DNA from: a virus
IMG/VR virus record: IMGVR_UViG_3300035683_000005
Coordinates: 1-59,951 of that record
Length of the DNA stretch: 59,951 bases
Strand: one strand, 5' to 3'
Below are positions 32,555-42,600 of the stretch, piece after piece. The position numbers and the translations under genes are program-made. The first letter of the stretch is position 1; the number at the start of each line of letters is the position of its first letter. A model generated the notes under the pieces. The model had not been told where the DNA came from and searched no databases. It saw only the letters and a program-made list of their open reading frames with translations.

Positions 32555-33213
32555 CTGCTGAACTCCTCGCCTGCCTTGAAGCCGAGTGCCTCAAGCTGGG
32601 TCTCCGTCAGGTAGCTCCAGTCACCGTCGTGCCTGTAGTTCGTCACGACGACGTGCTCGTTGAGCTGGTTCGACCACACGCGGGTGCCAGGGGGGATCGC
32701 GAATGGGGCGTCCGCGTCGTGCCGGAAACGGCTGAGCACAGCGTAGACCTTGTCGCCGGGGCAGGTCCGCTTCATCCAGTCGCGATGACCCGTGACCTTG
32801 TACCCCTTGTCGATCTCCCCCAACTCCAGCCCCACACGGATCAGACCGCGCACCGCCTCGATCATCGCCGTGCCGGGAGTCGTCACCTGGCCGTCGATCA
32901 GCAGACAGATTCCGATCGAGTCCGCGTTCGCCGGCCCCGCGTGGGCACCACGGTACTGCCAGCCCCGCCCCTCGTAGATCCTTCCCGACGGAGCGACCCC
33001 GAAGTTGTAGCCGATCCCGTCCCACCCATGCGTCTCGACGTGATACTTCTCGACGCTCTTCCAGGCCGCGACCTCTTGCGCGTCGGTCGCGTTCTCCGAC
33101 AGAGCCGGACGGTAGCTGTTGTGGATCACTACGTTGCGCTCGGCACCAGGATCGAGAGACCCCGTGCCGCCCTTGGCACCCCATGCGGAGCGCCTGGTGA
33201 TCTCGATGCTCAC
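32533..33213 (-). CDS. Endolysin: N-acetylmuramoyl-L-alanine amidase (PGRP / Amidase_2 fold)
   Basis: VIHNSY..., YHVETHGWDGIGYNF, GAHAGPANADSIGI and GHRDW...CPG motifs. Confidence 0.85.
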   Translation of the reverse strand: MSIEITRRSAWGAKGGTGSLDPGAERNVVIHNSYRPALSENATDAQEVAAWKSVEKYHVETHGWDGIGYNFGVAPSGRIYEGRGWQYRGAHAGPANADSIGICLLIDGQVTTPGTAMIEAVRGLIRVGLELGEIDKGYKVTGHRDWMKRTCPGDKVYAVLSRFRHDADAPFAIPPGTRVWSNQLNEHVVVTNYRHDGDWSYLTETQLEALGFKAGEEFSRMPKARW

Positions 33214-33443
33214 TTTCCCTCCTGTATGATACGCCGGCGTTGCTGACGCAGGCTAATGAGATTGGGGATGTAGAAGATCAGTGCGAACACCTGGATGGCG
33301 TTCAGAACGAAGTTTGCGAACGACATTAGCCAGGTCTTCTCTTCGTTGACCGCGAACCAGCTATAGACTACGATCGCCAGAAGAGACGGAACTACCACCG
33401 TCACCACCACCCGCTGCACCGCGTTCAGGTTCGGAAACTGCAT
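33210..33443 (-). CDS. Small two-TM membrane protein, 77 aa (holin, antiholin or spanin-like lysis accessory)
   Basis: Strong RBS gaggaggtgctg before the ATG. Two hydrophobic helices. ATGA coupling to the endolysin. Confidence 0.6.
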   Translation of the reverse strand: MQFPNLNAVQRVVVTVVVPSLLAIVVYSWFAVNEEKTWLMSFANFVLNAIQVFALIFYIPNLISLRQQRRRIIQEGK

Positions 33444-34029
33444 CAGCACCTCCTCGGTTTGGGTTATCCACAACCATCCCGTAAGGATCACGGGTAGGAC
33501 TCGCCTTGTCGTACCAGCGCCTATCCATCGATCTGGGCTTATCTCCCTCGTCCAACGCAGCAATCTGGATCTTATCGATGGTGCGCACAAGCCACAAGAC
33601 CAGAGGCATGTCCTGGTAGACCAGAAGGATGTTTTGCAGCACCTTTTGTGTCTGATAACCGAACACGCCGACGACAACCGCCTTCGTCGTATACCGCTTT
33701 ATCTCCAAGCCGAGGAGTTCAGAAGGCTCGGACATCCAGTACCACGCGATGTCGACAGCGAATCCGACAGCGGGTAGACACAGTAGTACAGACTTCCGCA
33801 GCCAGAACTTTGCGAGGTCCACCCATTCGAAGTCATCTCTTGGATCTGGGCTGAGTCTGGATATTGCAACGCACGTGAAAAGCTCTACTACCATGCCGCA
33901 GAGGATTAGAACAAGAAATCCCACATTACTGCGGCCAAATACACCAACTACGCTGTCCCATGACCACGGAAGCAGAACCGCGATGGAGCCAGCCGTGATG
34001 ATTGTTTCCTTATTAAGCATGAGCTCCAC
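33361..34029 (-). CDS. Multi-TM membrane protein, putative holin, 222 aa
   Basis: Three to four hydrophobic segments. Sits directly upstream of the endolysin cassette. Confidence 0.5.
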   Translation of the reverse strand: MELMLNKETIITAGSIAVLLPWSWDSVVGVFGRSNVGFLVLILCGMVVELFTCVAISRLSPDPRDDFEWVDLAKFWLRKSVLLCLPAVGFAVDIAWYWMSEPSELLGLEIKRYTTKAVVVGVFGYQTQKVLQNILLVYQDMPLVLWLVRTIDKIQIAALDEGDKPRSMDRRWYDKASPTRDPYGMVVDNPNRGGADAVSEPERGAAGGGDGGSSVSSGDRSL

Positions 34030-34092
34030 CGCAGTGAGTGGTCAAATATCGCGACCGTTTCTGTCCGTTCTTGCCACACATCGTTCAGCGAG

Positions 34093-34911
34093 TCACGGCT
34101 GCCGCGATGGTGGCGGATTGGTTGACGCAGGTTCCACAGCGGCGGAGGATGCAAGTCGCTTTTCGAGCTGATTGATGCGCTCTAGAAGTTGTGCGACAAT
34201 TGTGTCCAACCCGTGAACCCCCGCAATAGCTAAACTGGCAACAGCCATCGGGTTCACACCTTCGTCTGTCGTGCGGGCCCACTGCGGTAGCTCTTCAATC
34301 GTAACGCCTACATGTCGATGGGGAACACGCGCGCTTGAGTTCGCGGGTAGGTAGCCCGGATCATCGTTGTAGGTGTACGCATAAACGGGCAGCTTCCGAA
34401 TGGACGCCAACGCCTCCGCGCCCCCAATACGCCGTTCGATCTTCTTTTCAACCGCCCGCGAAGTTTGAATTACCCCGTTTACTGCGTAGACGACGCTATA
34501 CCGTCTGGCGTGTTCGCCTAGAGACCAGGTATTGTCGGCCTCCGGTACCAACTTCTGTGTTGCGACTACGCCGTTACCCACAATCAACGCTGGAGAATTG
34601 GCGGCCCCTCCCATGATGGTTACCTGCGCTGAAACATCGCTGCGTACGTAAGCTTGCCCTCCCGAAAGTAGCAGTCCGAAACCCCGCGACAATACTTGAA
34701 ATTCGTTGCCTACACCCCCAGCTAGGTTTACCATCCCCGGAAAGCTGATAGGCGTTTTGTTGAAAATTTGAGTACGCAGCTGATCGATCGTGGCTTTGCG
34801 CGTATCGCCGCCCGCCTCATCAACCATCAGGACAGCGTTGTCTGTCAGGTTTGCCGCGATGATCGCGGTCATGCCAGTGATCGAGGTGATCGCCATGCTA
34901 CAGCTCCTCAA
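34093..34911 (-). CDS. Tail fibre/spike protein with a C-terminal intramolecular chaperone (Peptidase_S74-like) domain
   Basis: C-terminal ...KLPVYAYTYNDDPG...HVGVTIEELPQW...VNPMAVASLAIAGVHGLDTIVAQLLERINQLEKRL is typical of S74 chaperone domains. Confidence 0.65.
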   Translation of the reverse strand: MRSCSMAITSITGMTAIIAANLTDNAVLMVDEAGGDTRKATIDQLRTQIFNKTPISFPGMVNLAGGVGNEFQVLSRGFGLLLSGGQAYVRSDVSAQVTIMGGAANSPALIVGNGVVATQKLVPEADNTWSLGEHARRYSVVYAVNGVIQTSRAVEKKIERRIGGAEALASIRKLPVYAYTYNDDPGYLPANSSARVPHRHVGVTIEELPQWARTTDEGVNPMAVASLAIAGVHGLDTIVAQLLERINQLEKRLASSAAVEPASTNPPPSRQP

Positions 34912-35719
34912 ACAGTTGGAACGCGGTGTTGCCCGCGGTCACATAAGGGAACTCGATTGGCGTGAGTGTACGCATGACGCAGAGAAACGACCGCCTGTAC
35001 CAATGAACCGCATCTTCAGGATCGAAAACGAAGAACATCTGCTGACTCGTTCCAGCGCGCCATTGCATGTCGAATCCACGCACAAGCGCTTCGTCTTCGG
35101 GGAGCTGTGCAATTTCAAACTCGAAGTGACGGCGACGGGGACGGTCCCTGTAGAAAGCACTGCCACCCTCCGTTGGAATACGCTCTGTCTCAGTTTCGAA
35201 GGCAATTCGTGCTCCGTTTGCCATGTTCACAGACGGCTGCCAGCCGACAGCGATTACAAGACGTGCGACATCGATGTATCCCTTGGCATTCATTGGATCA
35301 ACGATGTCAAAACGCCAGTAGCGCGCGTTCACCGGCACGGCTGCGACACGGAGGAAGGTGGGGGTGCCTTCAAAGGTGTCCACAGTATGGCCGGCTGGAA
35401 ACGCTGTGACGTTGCCGCTGTCGTACACTGGAGCACCAAATGCTCCCGGGGCGTTGCTGGCGCGTGCGCGGACCGTCCCGACCGTGCTGATATTCGGAAG
35501 CAGCAGAGCAATGACCATCACAGACCGCTGAGTGCCCAAGTCAACATCGAACGTTGTCGCTCCGACATCCGCGCTCGTAGAGCGTGCGACCTTTGAAAGG
35601 TCTCTGTCCTGCATGTTGGCGAGGGGGAGTCCAGCTGCCCACGCTCCTCCCGTAATCAGGGGAGCGTAAATGCGGCTCTTATCGCTTACAATCGGCCAGC
35701 CAAAAACGCAGTTGCTCAT
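34898..35719 (-). CDS. Tail/baseplate structural protein, 273 aa
   Basis: ORF track. Position within the tail-tip gene block. Confidence 0.55.
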   Translation of the reverse strand: MSNCVFGWPIVSDKSRIYAPLITGGAWAAGLPLANMQDRDLSKVARSTSADVGATTFDVDLGTQRSVMVIALLLPNISTVGTVRARASNAPGAFGAPVYDSGNVTAFPAGHTVDTFEGTPTFLRVAAVPVNARYWRFDIVDPMNAKGYIDVARLVIAVGWQPSVNMANGARIAFETETERIPTEGGSAFYRDRPRRRHFEFEIAQLPEDEALVRGFDMQWRAGTSQQMFFVFDPEDAVHWYRRSFLCVMRTLTPIEFPYVTAGNTAFQLFEEL

Positions 35720-35784
35720 TTCTTTACGGTCAGTTTCTGTTCCCCCTTAAACATACCCGGTGCGCACCTAGAACGTCAACGGTT

Positions 35785-36891
35785 CTAAACCTTCTTGATG
35801 TGTAGGTGCGCGATCTTTGATGCGTCCACCTGTGAATCGATACTTCCCAATCGGATATTCAGGACGGTGCCGGACATCGCAACTGTGATGGGTGTGTTCA
35901 TCGAGGGCCAGTCCGACATATTGCGCGTTACGCCGGATGCGTCGATAAACTGTTCACCACCAGATCCAATGGGTTGTACAATCAGCGCACGACTCGTCGA
36001 TCCGTCTAGGATCTCTGCGCGAAGATAACCTTGACCGAAGCTGACGTCGCCGAATGCAAGACGCAGTTCGTAGTTGCCGGCCGCCGGTAGATCAATGCGA
36101 AAAACAGCATCGACACCGGTGTTGAGTTTTTGATTCATGCCGGCAAAGCGCCTGTCCACACTACCATTGCGGTCGCGACCACTGCTGGGCGGGGTAGTCC
36201 AACCAAAGGTTACGCCGCTACGTGTCACCGGGTATGTATCCGCAATACAAAATGTCTCATTTGAACCGTCTACGACAAATTCTTCTGTCGCGCGAAAGTT
36301 AATCTTCTTTTCCCAGACCTCTGCCGTAACCACTGTGATTTGGCATGTGGCGGTTTTACCTTCGCAAGTCGCCGTAATCGTCACACTTCCCTCGACGACA
36401 GCGACGCCGAGGGTAAACGACATCGACATCCAGCCACCGTCGTTCAGACTTTCGTCCTGTGGCCATATTTCCGGGAACGGCTCATCGAGCAAACCGGAAA
36501 CTACCGTGGAGACGTATCGGCCGCGTGCTGTGCTCCAGCCCCCGGCATTGGATACATCACCCCGATACACTTCCCAGTCACCCTCTTGCTTCACCCACGC
36601 CCACATAACTACCGGACCATCTGGAATAGCGGGATTGGTGCCAGTAAGGACAGTTACCTTGCCGCTGGATCCCGGGGGCAGGTCAAAAACATGCACTAAA
36701 ACAGACGCAGAGGGGTCGAGTTCAGTTCCTCCGACGCACACAGCCATCTTCCCTGGACCCTCGTTCTTCCACACGCTAGCACTTTCGAGCACGCGCCCAG
36801 CCCCGTCAGGAAGAGTAAGGGCGTGTCCGCGGCATTCAAAGAAAGAGCCTGTCTCTGGGCCCTGGTTAGGTTGCCCGTACTCAGTGGCCAC
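35785..36891 (-). CDS. Tail-tip / putative receptor-binding protein, 368 aa
   Basis: ORF track. Beta-rich sequence. Position after the large tail protein. Confidence 0.55.
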   Translation of the reverse strand: MATEYGQPNQGPETGSFFECRGHALTLPDGAGRVLESASVWKNEGPGKMAVCVGGTELDPSASVLVHVFDLPPGSSGKVTVLTGTNPAIPDGPVVMWAWVKQEGDWEVYRGDVSNAGGWSTARGRYVSTVVSGLLDEPFPEIWPQDESLNDGGWMSMSFTLGVAVVEGSVTITATCEGKTATCQITVVTAEVWEKKINFRATEEFVVDGSNETFCIADTYPVTRSGVTFGWTTPPSSGRDRNGSVDRRFAGMNQKLNTGVDAVFRIDLPAAGNYELRLAFGDVSFGQGYLRAEILDGSTSRALIVQPIGSGGEQFIDASGVTRNMSDWPSMNTPITVAMSGTVLNIRLGSIDSQVDASKIAHLHIKKV

Positions 36892-36894
36892 GGA

Positions 36895-39603
36895 TCACGC
36901 TCCAATACGCTGTGTGGATGCCGCAACGCGGCCAAGATAGCGGTATTCATTGCCGGGCGTGTTCACCGTTTGCAACTGCTGTCCGAAGCGGAGGGTGTTG
37001 TAATAGTGAAGAGCTGTTGGGAAGAACATGACACCAAAATACTCCCGGATCAAAACGCCATCGACCCAAAGCCGGTAGATGCCATCGGCAACACCGTGCG
37101 CGCTGTTCGGTTGAATTTGTTCTTCGATCCGGTACCGGCGCGCTTCTTCAAAAGTGAACACATCCCACTCGACAATACCTTGATAAGATTGCGAGACAAT
37201 GTCGTAGTAGTTCTGACGAATTCGAAGCTTGTAGCCGAAAAGAGTCAAGAGCGTTGCACAGCGACCCTGATCATCGCTATCGCGCTCTGCCGTGTGGTAA
37301 GTGAGTTTTCTCTGGTCGCTTGAACCACTCGTTCCTGCCGCCCATGTTCCTAGATTGATGTAAAACCTTGTAAAGAGTGACGGATCGCCAGCCTTAAGCC
37401 AACCGCGATCCGCTAAGCTATAAATTAGAGCTATGTTTAGATCGGCCCCCGTCGGTGATGCGTAATGTAGGCGTGCCACGTTCCCCCAAGCAGGATCGAG
37501 CGAATCGGGCATGATCACGGGGGTGCCGCCGTAAGATCCGAGAGGAGCAATATTCCCGTTTGCGAATGTTGCGTCGAAGATGTCGGGTGCGGGGTAACTA
37601 CCGCCACCGGGCAACGGCGCGGGAGGACTCGTCTTTGCAACTGCGGTAACAAGACCAGTGTCGCTAACCGTGGCAATCAACGGATTCGACGTGCTCCAAA
37701 CGATTGTACGCCCGTTGAGAATGTTACCTTGGACGTCGCGCGGAATAACGGCAAGCTGTAAAGTTTCGCTGACTTCAAGCGTTCCGCTCGAAGGCAGAAC
37801 CTCCAGCGAATCGACAGCAGCGGGCCGCGGTGGCGGGGGCGGTTTCACGGGTGGCGCGGCAGCTTGCGAGCCGCTGTTCGTCACTACGTAAACGCCCGCA
37901 TTTGTGACAAGGAGAAGTCCTTCGCGCGTAGCAACGTTTTCGCGTCCGGACGCACTCCCCCACACGTTGAGCATTAGACGCCCAGCCTTCGCGTCCGTTT
38001 CTACACCGAGAATCACAAACGGGGTACCCTCAGAGCTACCAACGATGTTCAGCCCATACCGATCATGGTCAATGTTGACGATGTTACCGAGATCGAGCAT
38101 GCTTGTTTCGTCTGTCAGACGCATCAAAAGCTCAAACCGATCCTTACGAGAGCTATAGAGCCCCAGCCGTCTATTCGTCTCTGCAGCCGCATCGTCTGCA
38201 TAAACATAGAGTGACGTGCGAATTACTTCAGGTGAAAGGAGGTGCCGTTCCTGCACACTTACGTCCGTTACTTCAAAGTCACGCCACTCGCTGCCGATCT
38301 GCGCGCGGCGGACTGGAGCAACACTTGCGGCAACATCAGTCGTCTGAACAGCATAGTTTCGACCCCACCTGATCACCTGGCGGTAGACAGGCAGTCCGCC
38401 ACCCGGATCGTTGGTACGCAACTGATCGAGAGGTTTCAAGAGATTCGGAGCACGGACTGTCATTTTTGCCAGCCCGCGTGCAGGAGCAATGAACTGCTGG
38501 ATGCGGAAGACACCCTCGCGGTCAACCCCCCACCAGGCACCTGCAGTATCCGCGACAATGTCGCAGACATCACCGATCATTGTCTCCGTGCTTGTCCAGA
38601 AACCCAGCGGGGCGGAGTTTACTTCGTCGAGCTTGTTTAAATCACTCTGTGAAACATCACCAGAGACTTTGATCATGTCGCCGGCGCTAGTCACAACAGT
38701 GTCGCCAGCACTCGTCGCAAGAGTGAGCTGAGCGATATTCGCCGTCCACGCATTCACGACTCGCGCGCGACCGATTAACTGCTCGAAGATTCTAGCCGCT
38801 GTTCTTTGCGATGCGTCCGATCCCTGAGTGACATCGGCAGTAACCAGTCCGTCAGGCATGGATCCGAGTCGAAAGTAGCCGCCTGCTGGCCAGGCACGGA
38901 AGGCCCCGCCAAGAGGAGCGTTCGCCTCCATTTCAGCCTGGCTGCCGTAATCGGGTCCTTTTGCCAGCGGTGCGCCGCGATCGTAGACCGCGTCAACCAT
39001 GTGGACAGCACCGTCGTTGACCTGATAGATCAAGCGTGCGGTATTGACACAAGGCGGATCGATGTTGCGGACAATGCCGTAGCAAAGCGGCTTTGGCTTT
39101 CCGCGTAGGTCTGACTCTGTGCCTTCAAGGCCATTAGGAAGGATATTGTCGCCCCGGTACTTGACGGGTTGCAGCGCGACGTTCATCTCCGCCTGCTTGT
39201 CTCGCAAGGCGATGGTGACGGTGCTGGCACCGGCCGTCGGAGGCTGCATTGTTCCAATCAGAACAACGCTGAAATCTGTGGGATAGCGAGGATTCTCCTT
39301 TTCGGTCCGCCAAGCAACGATTCGACGGCCGTCTAGACCCAACCGCTGGATGTAGTCAAGCGCCCCGTCATTGTTGACAAGAATGAGCTCTCCAAAGCCA
39401 ATCGTCGAGCGCCCGGTTGTGGCACCGCGGGAGAACATATGCCGCGAGACGTTAATCGGTTGATCAATACGGGGTTCGTAATGGGCATTCGGTACAGTAT
39501 CCGTGGGCTCCGTGATATAACCCCGCGTGGAGAACCGCAGCGTGCGCACGCGGGCAAGCTGCGGATCCCAAGCGTCGATGTCTACGAGGTAGAGCTCCTT
39601 CAC
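36895..39603 (-). CDS. Large tail-tip protein with a Big_2 Ig-like domain and a C-terminal lectin/LamG-like domain
   Basis: Big_2-like LQLAVIPRDVQGNILNGRTIVWSTSNPLIATVSDTGLVTAVA. The likely start is GTG at 39603, overlapping the TMP stop as GTGA. The ORF track extends to TTG at 39621. Confidence 0.7.
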   Translation of the reverse strand: MKELYLVDIDAWDPQLARVRTLRFSTRGYITEPTDTVPNAHYEPRIDQPINVSRHMFSRGATTGRSTIGFGELILVNNDGALDYIQRLGLDGRRIVAWRTEKENPRYPTDFSVVLIGTMQPPTAGASTVTIALRDKQAEMNVALQPVKYRGDNILPNGLEGTESDLRGKPKPLCYGIVRNIDPPCVNTARLIYQVNDGAVHMVDAVYDRGAPLAKGPDYGSQAEMEANAPLGGAFRAWPAGGYFRLGSMPDGLVTADVTQGSDASQRTAARIFEQLIGRARVVNAWTANIAQLTLATSAGDTVVTSAGDMIKVSGDVSQSDLNKLDEVNSAPLGFWTSTETMIGDVCDIVADTAGAWWGVDREGVFRIQQFIAPARGLAKMTVRAPNLLKPLDQLRTNDPGGGLPVYRQVIRWGRNYAVQTTDVAASVAPVRRAQIGSEWRDFEVTDVSVQERHLLSPEVIRTSLYVYADDAAAETNRRLGLYSSRKDRFELLMRLTDETSMLDLGNIVNIDHDRYGLNIVGSSEGTPFVILGVETDAKAGRLMLNVWGSASGRENVATREGLLLVTNAGVYVVTNSGSQAAAPPVKPPPPPRPAAVDSLEVLPSSGTLEVSETLQLAVIPRDVQGNILNGRTIVWSTSNPLIATVSDTGLVTAVAKTSPPAPLPGGGSYPAPDIFDATFANGNIAPLGSYGGTPVIMPDSLDPAWGNVARLHYASPTGADLNIALIYSLADRGWLKAGDPSLFTRFYINLGTWAAGTSGSSDQRKLTYHTAERDSDDQGRCATLLTLFGYKLRIRQNYYDIVSQSYQGIVEWDVFTFEEARRYRIEEQIQPNSAHGVADGIYRLWVDGVLIREYFGVMFFPTALHYYNTLRFGQQLQTVNTPGNEYRYLGRVAASTQRIGA

Positions 39604-42600
39604 GAGAGTGTGCGAGTCCAAGTTGAAGACATCGTCTCCGTCTGACGGCGCACTTCGCCGCTCAGCGACTCAACGCCACGGTTTGTCCCCTCTGTGTTGC
39701 TGATGATTCGGTTATTGCCCTCCTGCTGAATCCCGACAAGCGCACGCAGGTGCCCATTCTGCTCGCGCAGCTGACCGTTCATCTCTTCGAGGTGAACAAA
39801 CGGGTCGCGCGGATCACCAGGCCGCCCCGACCACGGATTCGTCGGAGGCGGTGGCGGCGGTGGCGGAGGCGGCGGCGGCGGGGGCGGCTCCGGGATTTGA
39901 GTCTTGCCGTTGATCGACTCCAAAATCTGCCGAATCAGTTCAAGCTGGTTGAGCTGATGCTGTGAGATTTCACGGATGTCAACCTCGACGTCGATCAAAG
40001 GATCGAAACCTTCGCTCAACATCGCGAGAACTCGCGCCGTCTCCGTCTTTAGCGTCTGCTCCGCAACGCTTGTTCCACTGCGAACTGCTTCGATCTGCGC
40101 CTGGTAGCCGGAAACCGTCGCTGCGAGCTGGTTGTTGAGCGCCGCAATACGTGCCTCCGAATCCGCTGCAACCGCTGCCCGTAGTGCGTCAATTGCCGAA
40201 AGTTGCGCATCGCGCTGTTCCTTTATTGCGTCGCGTTGTGCTTGCAGTGCACCGAGTTGCTGATCCATTGCAGTCCGCGTGGCGTCGCGGATCGCTTCCA
40301 AACGCTCGACTTCAACTCGTGAGGTCTCCTTGACGGCGTCGAGCTGCGACTCGAGGACTTGAATCTGGTCCGCAGTGTTCTCTCGGAGTAGATCGCGCTG
40401 TATTTCAAGCGCCGAGAGCTGTCGCTCAACCCCCTCGGTATACTCACGACGCTGGGCGTTCATGGCATCGATCTGAATACGGCCCGTCGTTTCGTTCGCG
40501 TCCTTTTGAGCATCGAGACTGTCGAGGAGTTCCTCGAGAGTGGTCAGCTGACCTGTTAGCAGCTCGACCTCACGCTCTTGGGTACTCAGTGACTTACCAT
40601 ACTGCTCACTGATCTCCGTCAATTGTGCATGAACAGTCTCGAACACGCGCACGTATTCGGGGTTACTCGCAAACATCGTGCGCGCGGCCTCAAGCAGGTT
40701 TTGCGCGGCACTTGGCAAATCGCTTGCGGCCGCTGAATCACCTTGGCGCGCGAGCCGTAGTAGAGCACTGAACTGTTGCTGTGCCTCGTTGAGAATTGCC
40801 TCGGGACTCAGCGGCGTTACGCCGCGATTGAGCACAAGGTTGCCCAGGTACCCGCGCAGGGTGTCCACAACGCGGCGGGTCTCGTTTGTGCCGCGCTCCG
40901 CTTCTTGCAGCTGCTCTCGGGCGACCCCCAGCGCGGCCCTTGCAGATTCAATTTGCGCGTCCAGGTACGCTTCGATCGCGTCGTACTGTGCGCGTAGGGC
41001 GCGCTCCTGTGACTCGTACCCTTCGATCTGCACGTCCATTTGTGCGCGCAGCGCGTCCGTCTGCGCCTGAAGCGCACGTTGCTCGAGATCGCGTGTACGC
41101 CGTGTCTCGTCGATTTGCGTGCGAAGGGCGCGTTCTTGAATATCAGAGGCGCGTTTGACGCCATCGATTTGTTCACGAATTAAATCTTCCTGGGCCCCAT
41201 AGGTATCCCGTACAAGACGCGCTTGACGCTCGAGTTCGTTGTCCTCACGATCGTAGCGTTCCCGAATAGCGTCGCGCTCACCCTGGAGCTGCCTGTCGGC
41301 AGCCCGCGCAGACTCTTCGACAGCGCGGATCTGTGCTTGGACACTGGCTTGGAGACCCTGGAGTTCCGACTCAAGACGGGAGACCTCGGCCTCGCGTGCC
41401 GACCTGGCGCGCTCGGCCTCAAGCGAAAGGAGCTCAAGTGCGTGTACCTCACCGAGAGTACCGATTGCAGCGGGCGTGTATCCAGAGGCGCGCGCGTTTG
41501 CCATCTCACGGCGCTGGGACAGCAGCACCTCGAGCTGCCTAGCCTCTTCCTCTAGGCCGACAGCCCGTAGGCGCCGAACCATCAGGTCCTGGCGGAAAGC
41601 AACCTCTGCCAAACGCATTTGCTCTGCGCGGTATGCCCGTTCTGCCTCGAGAAGCTCGCTTGTGGCCTGCACCAGCTCGGGATTCGTTTCGCCCCACTTT
41701 TCCAGCGCTTCTTGGAGCTCCCGCTGCTGACCAATCACGAAAGCGAGTTCGTCCGCCTCGCGCGACAGTCCTTGCGCGCGTAGCGCACGAACCGCAAGAT
41801 CCTCCTGATACTGGACCCGCTCACGCTCACGCTCTGCGCGCTCCTTTTCTGCACGCTCGGCTTGTTCGCGGCGTAACGCTTCCATCTCCTCCGTTTGCAG
41901 CCGCTGAAGACGTGCAAGCTGCTGCGTTGTGAGGATTCCGTCCTTGCGAGCTTGGTTGAGCTCGTTGATGTGGCGAAACTCCAGAGCGCGTAGCTCGGCT
42001 TGCTCGGTGAGCCCGCGCGCCTCTAGTTCGCGGAGTTCGATGTTTTGTTCAAATTCACGCCGATACTGCGAGGCACGCTCTAGCTCTTCGCGATGGGCCT
42101 TGGCGGCCTTTGTGGCGCCAAAAAATCCCCCCACAAGCCCAGCCAACCCCCCCACCAGCGCGCCGGCCGCCGTGCCAATGCCAGGTAGGAGAAACGTACC
42201 GACAGCCGCCCCGGCCCCGGCCCCAGCCAGGGCCCCACCGGCGGCCCCAACGCCGCGATTCGTCGTCAAAGAACCTACCGCGCCGCCAGCGATGTAGCCG
42301 ATCCCAGCCGCCGCGAGGAACGGGATAAGTTGAGCAGTCCAAGACTTTGCCGCACTGACGGTGATGCCCTCGATCTCAACGGGGATCGCCCCGCCAGCCA
42401 CGCTCGGTATTGCCGATTGAACGGCTCCGGCAACAGCGGCTCCGGCAGATTGCGCAGCGACACTACCTACACCCGTTGCAGTAGCAGCCGCCAGCGCGCC
42501 CGCAATGGACGCTCCCCACTTCCGCATGAAGGCGTCGGTCACTACCTCCGTAAGCAGAGAAGACAGCATTTCGCGAGCAGCACTGAAGAGATCCGAGAAA

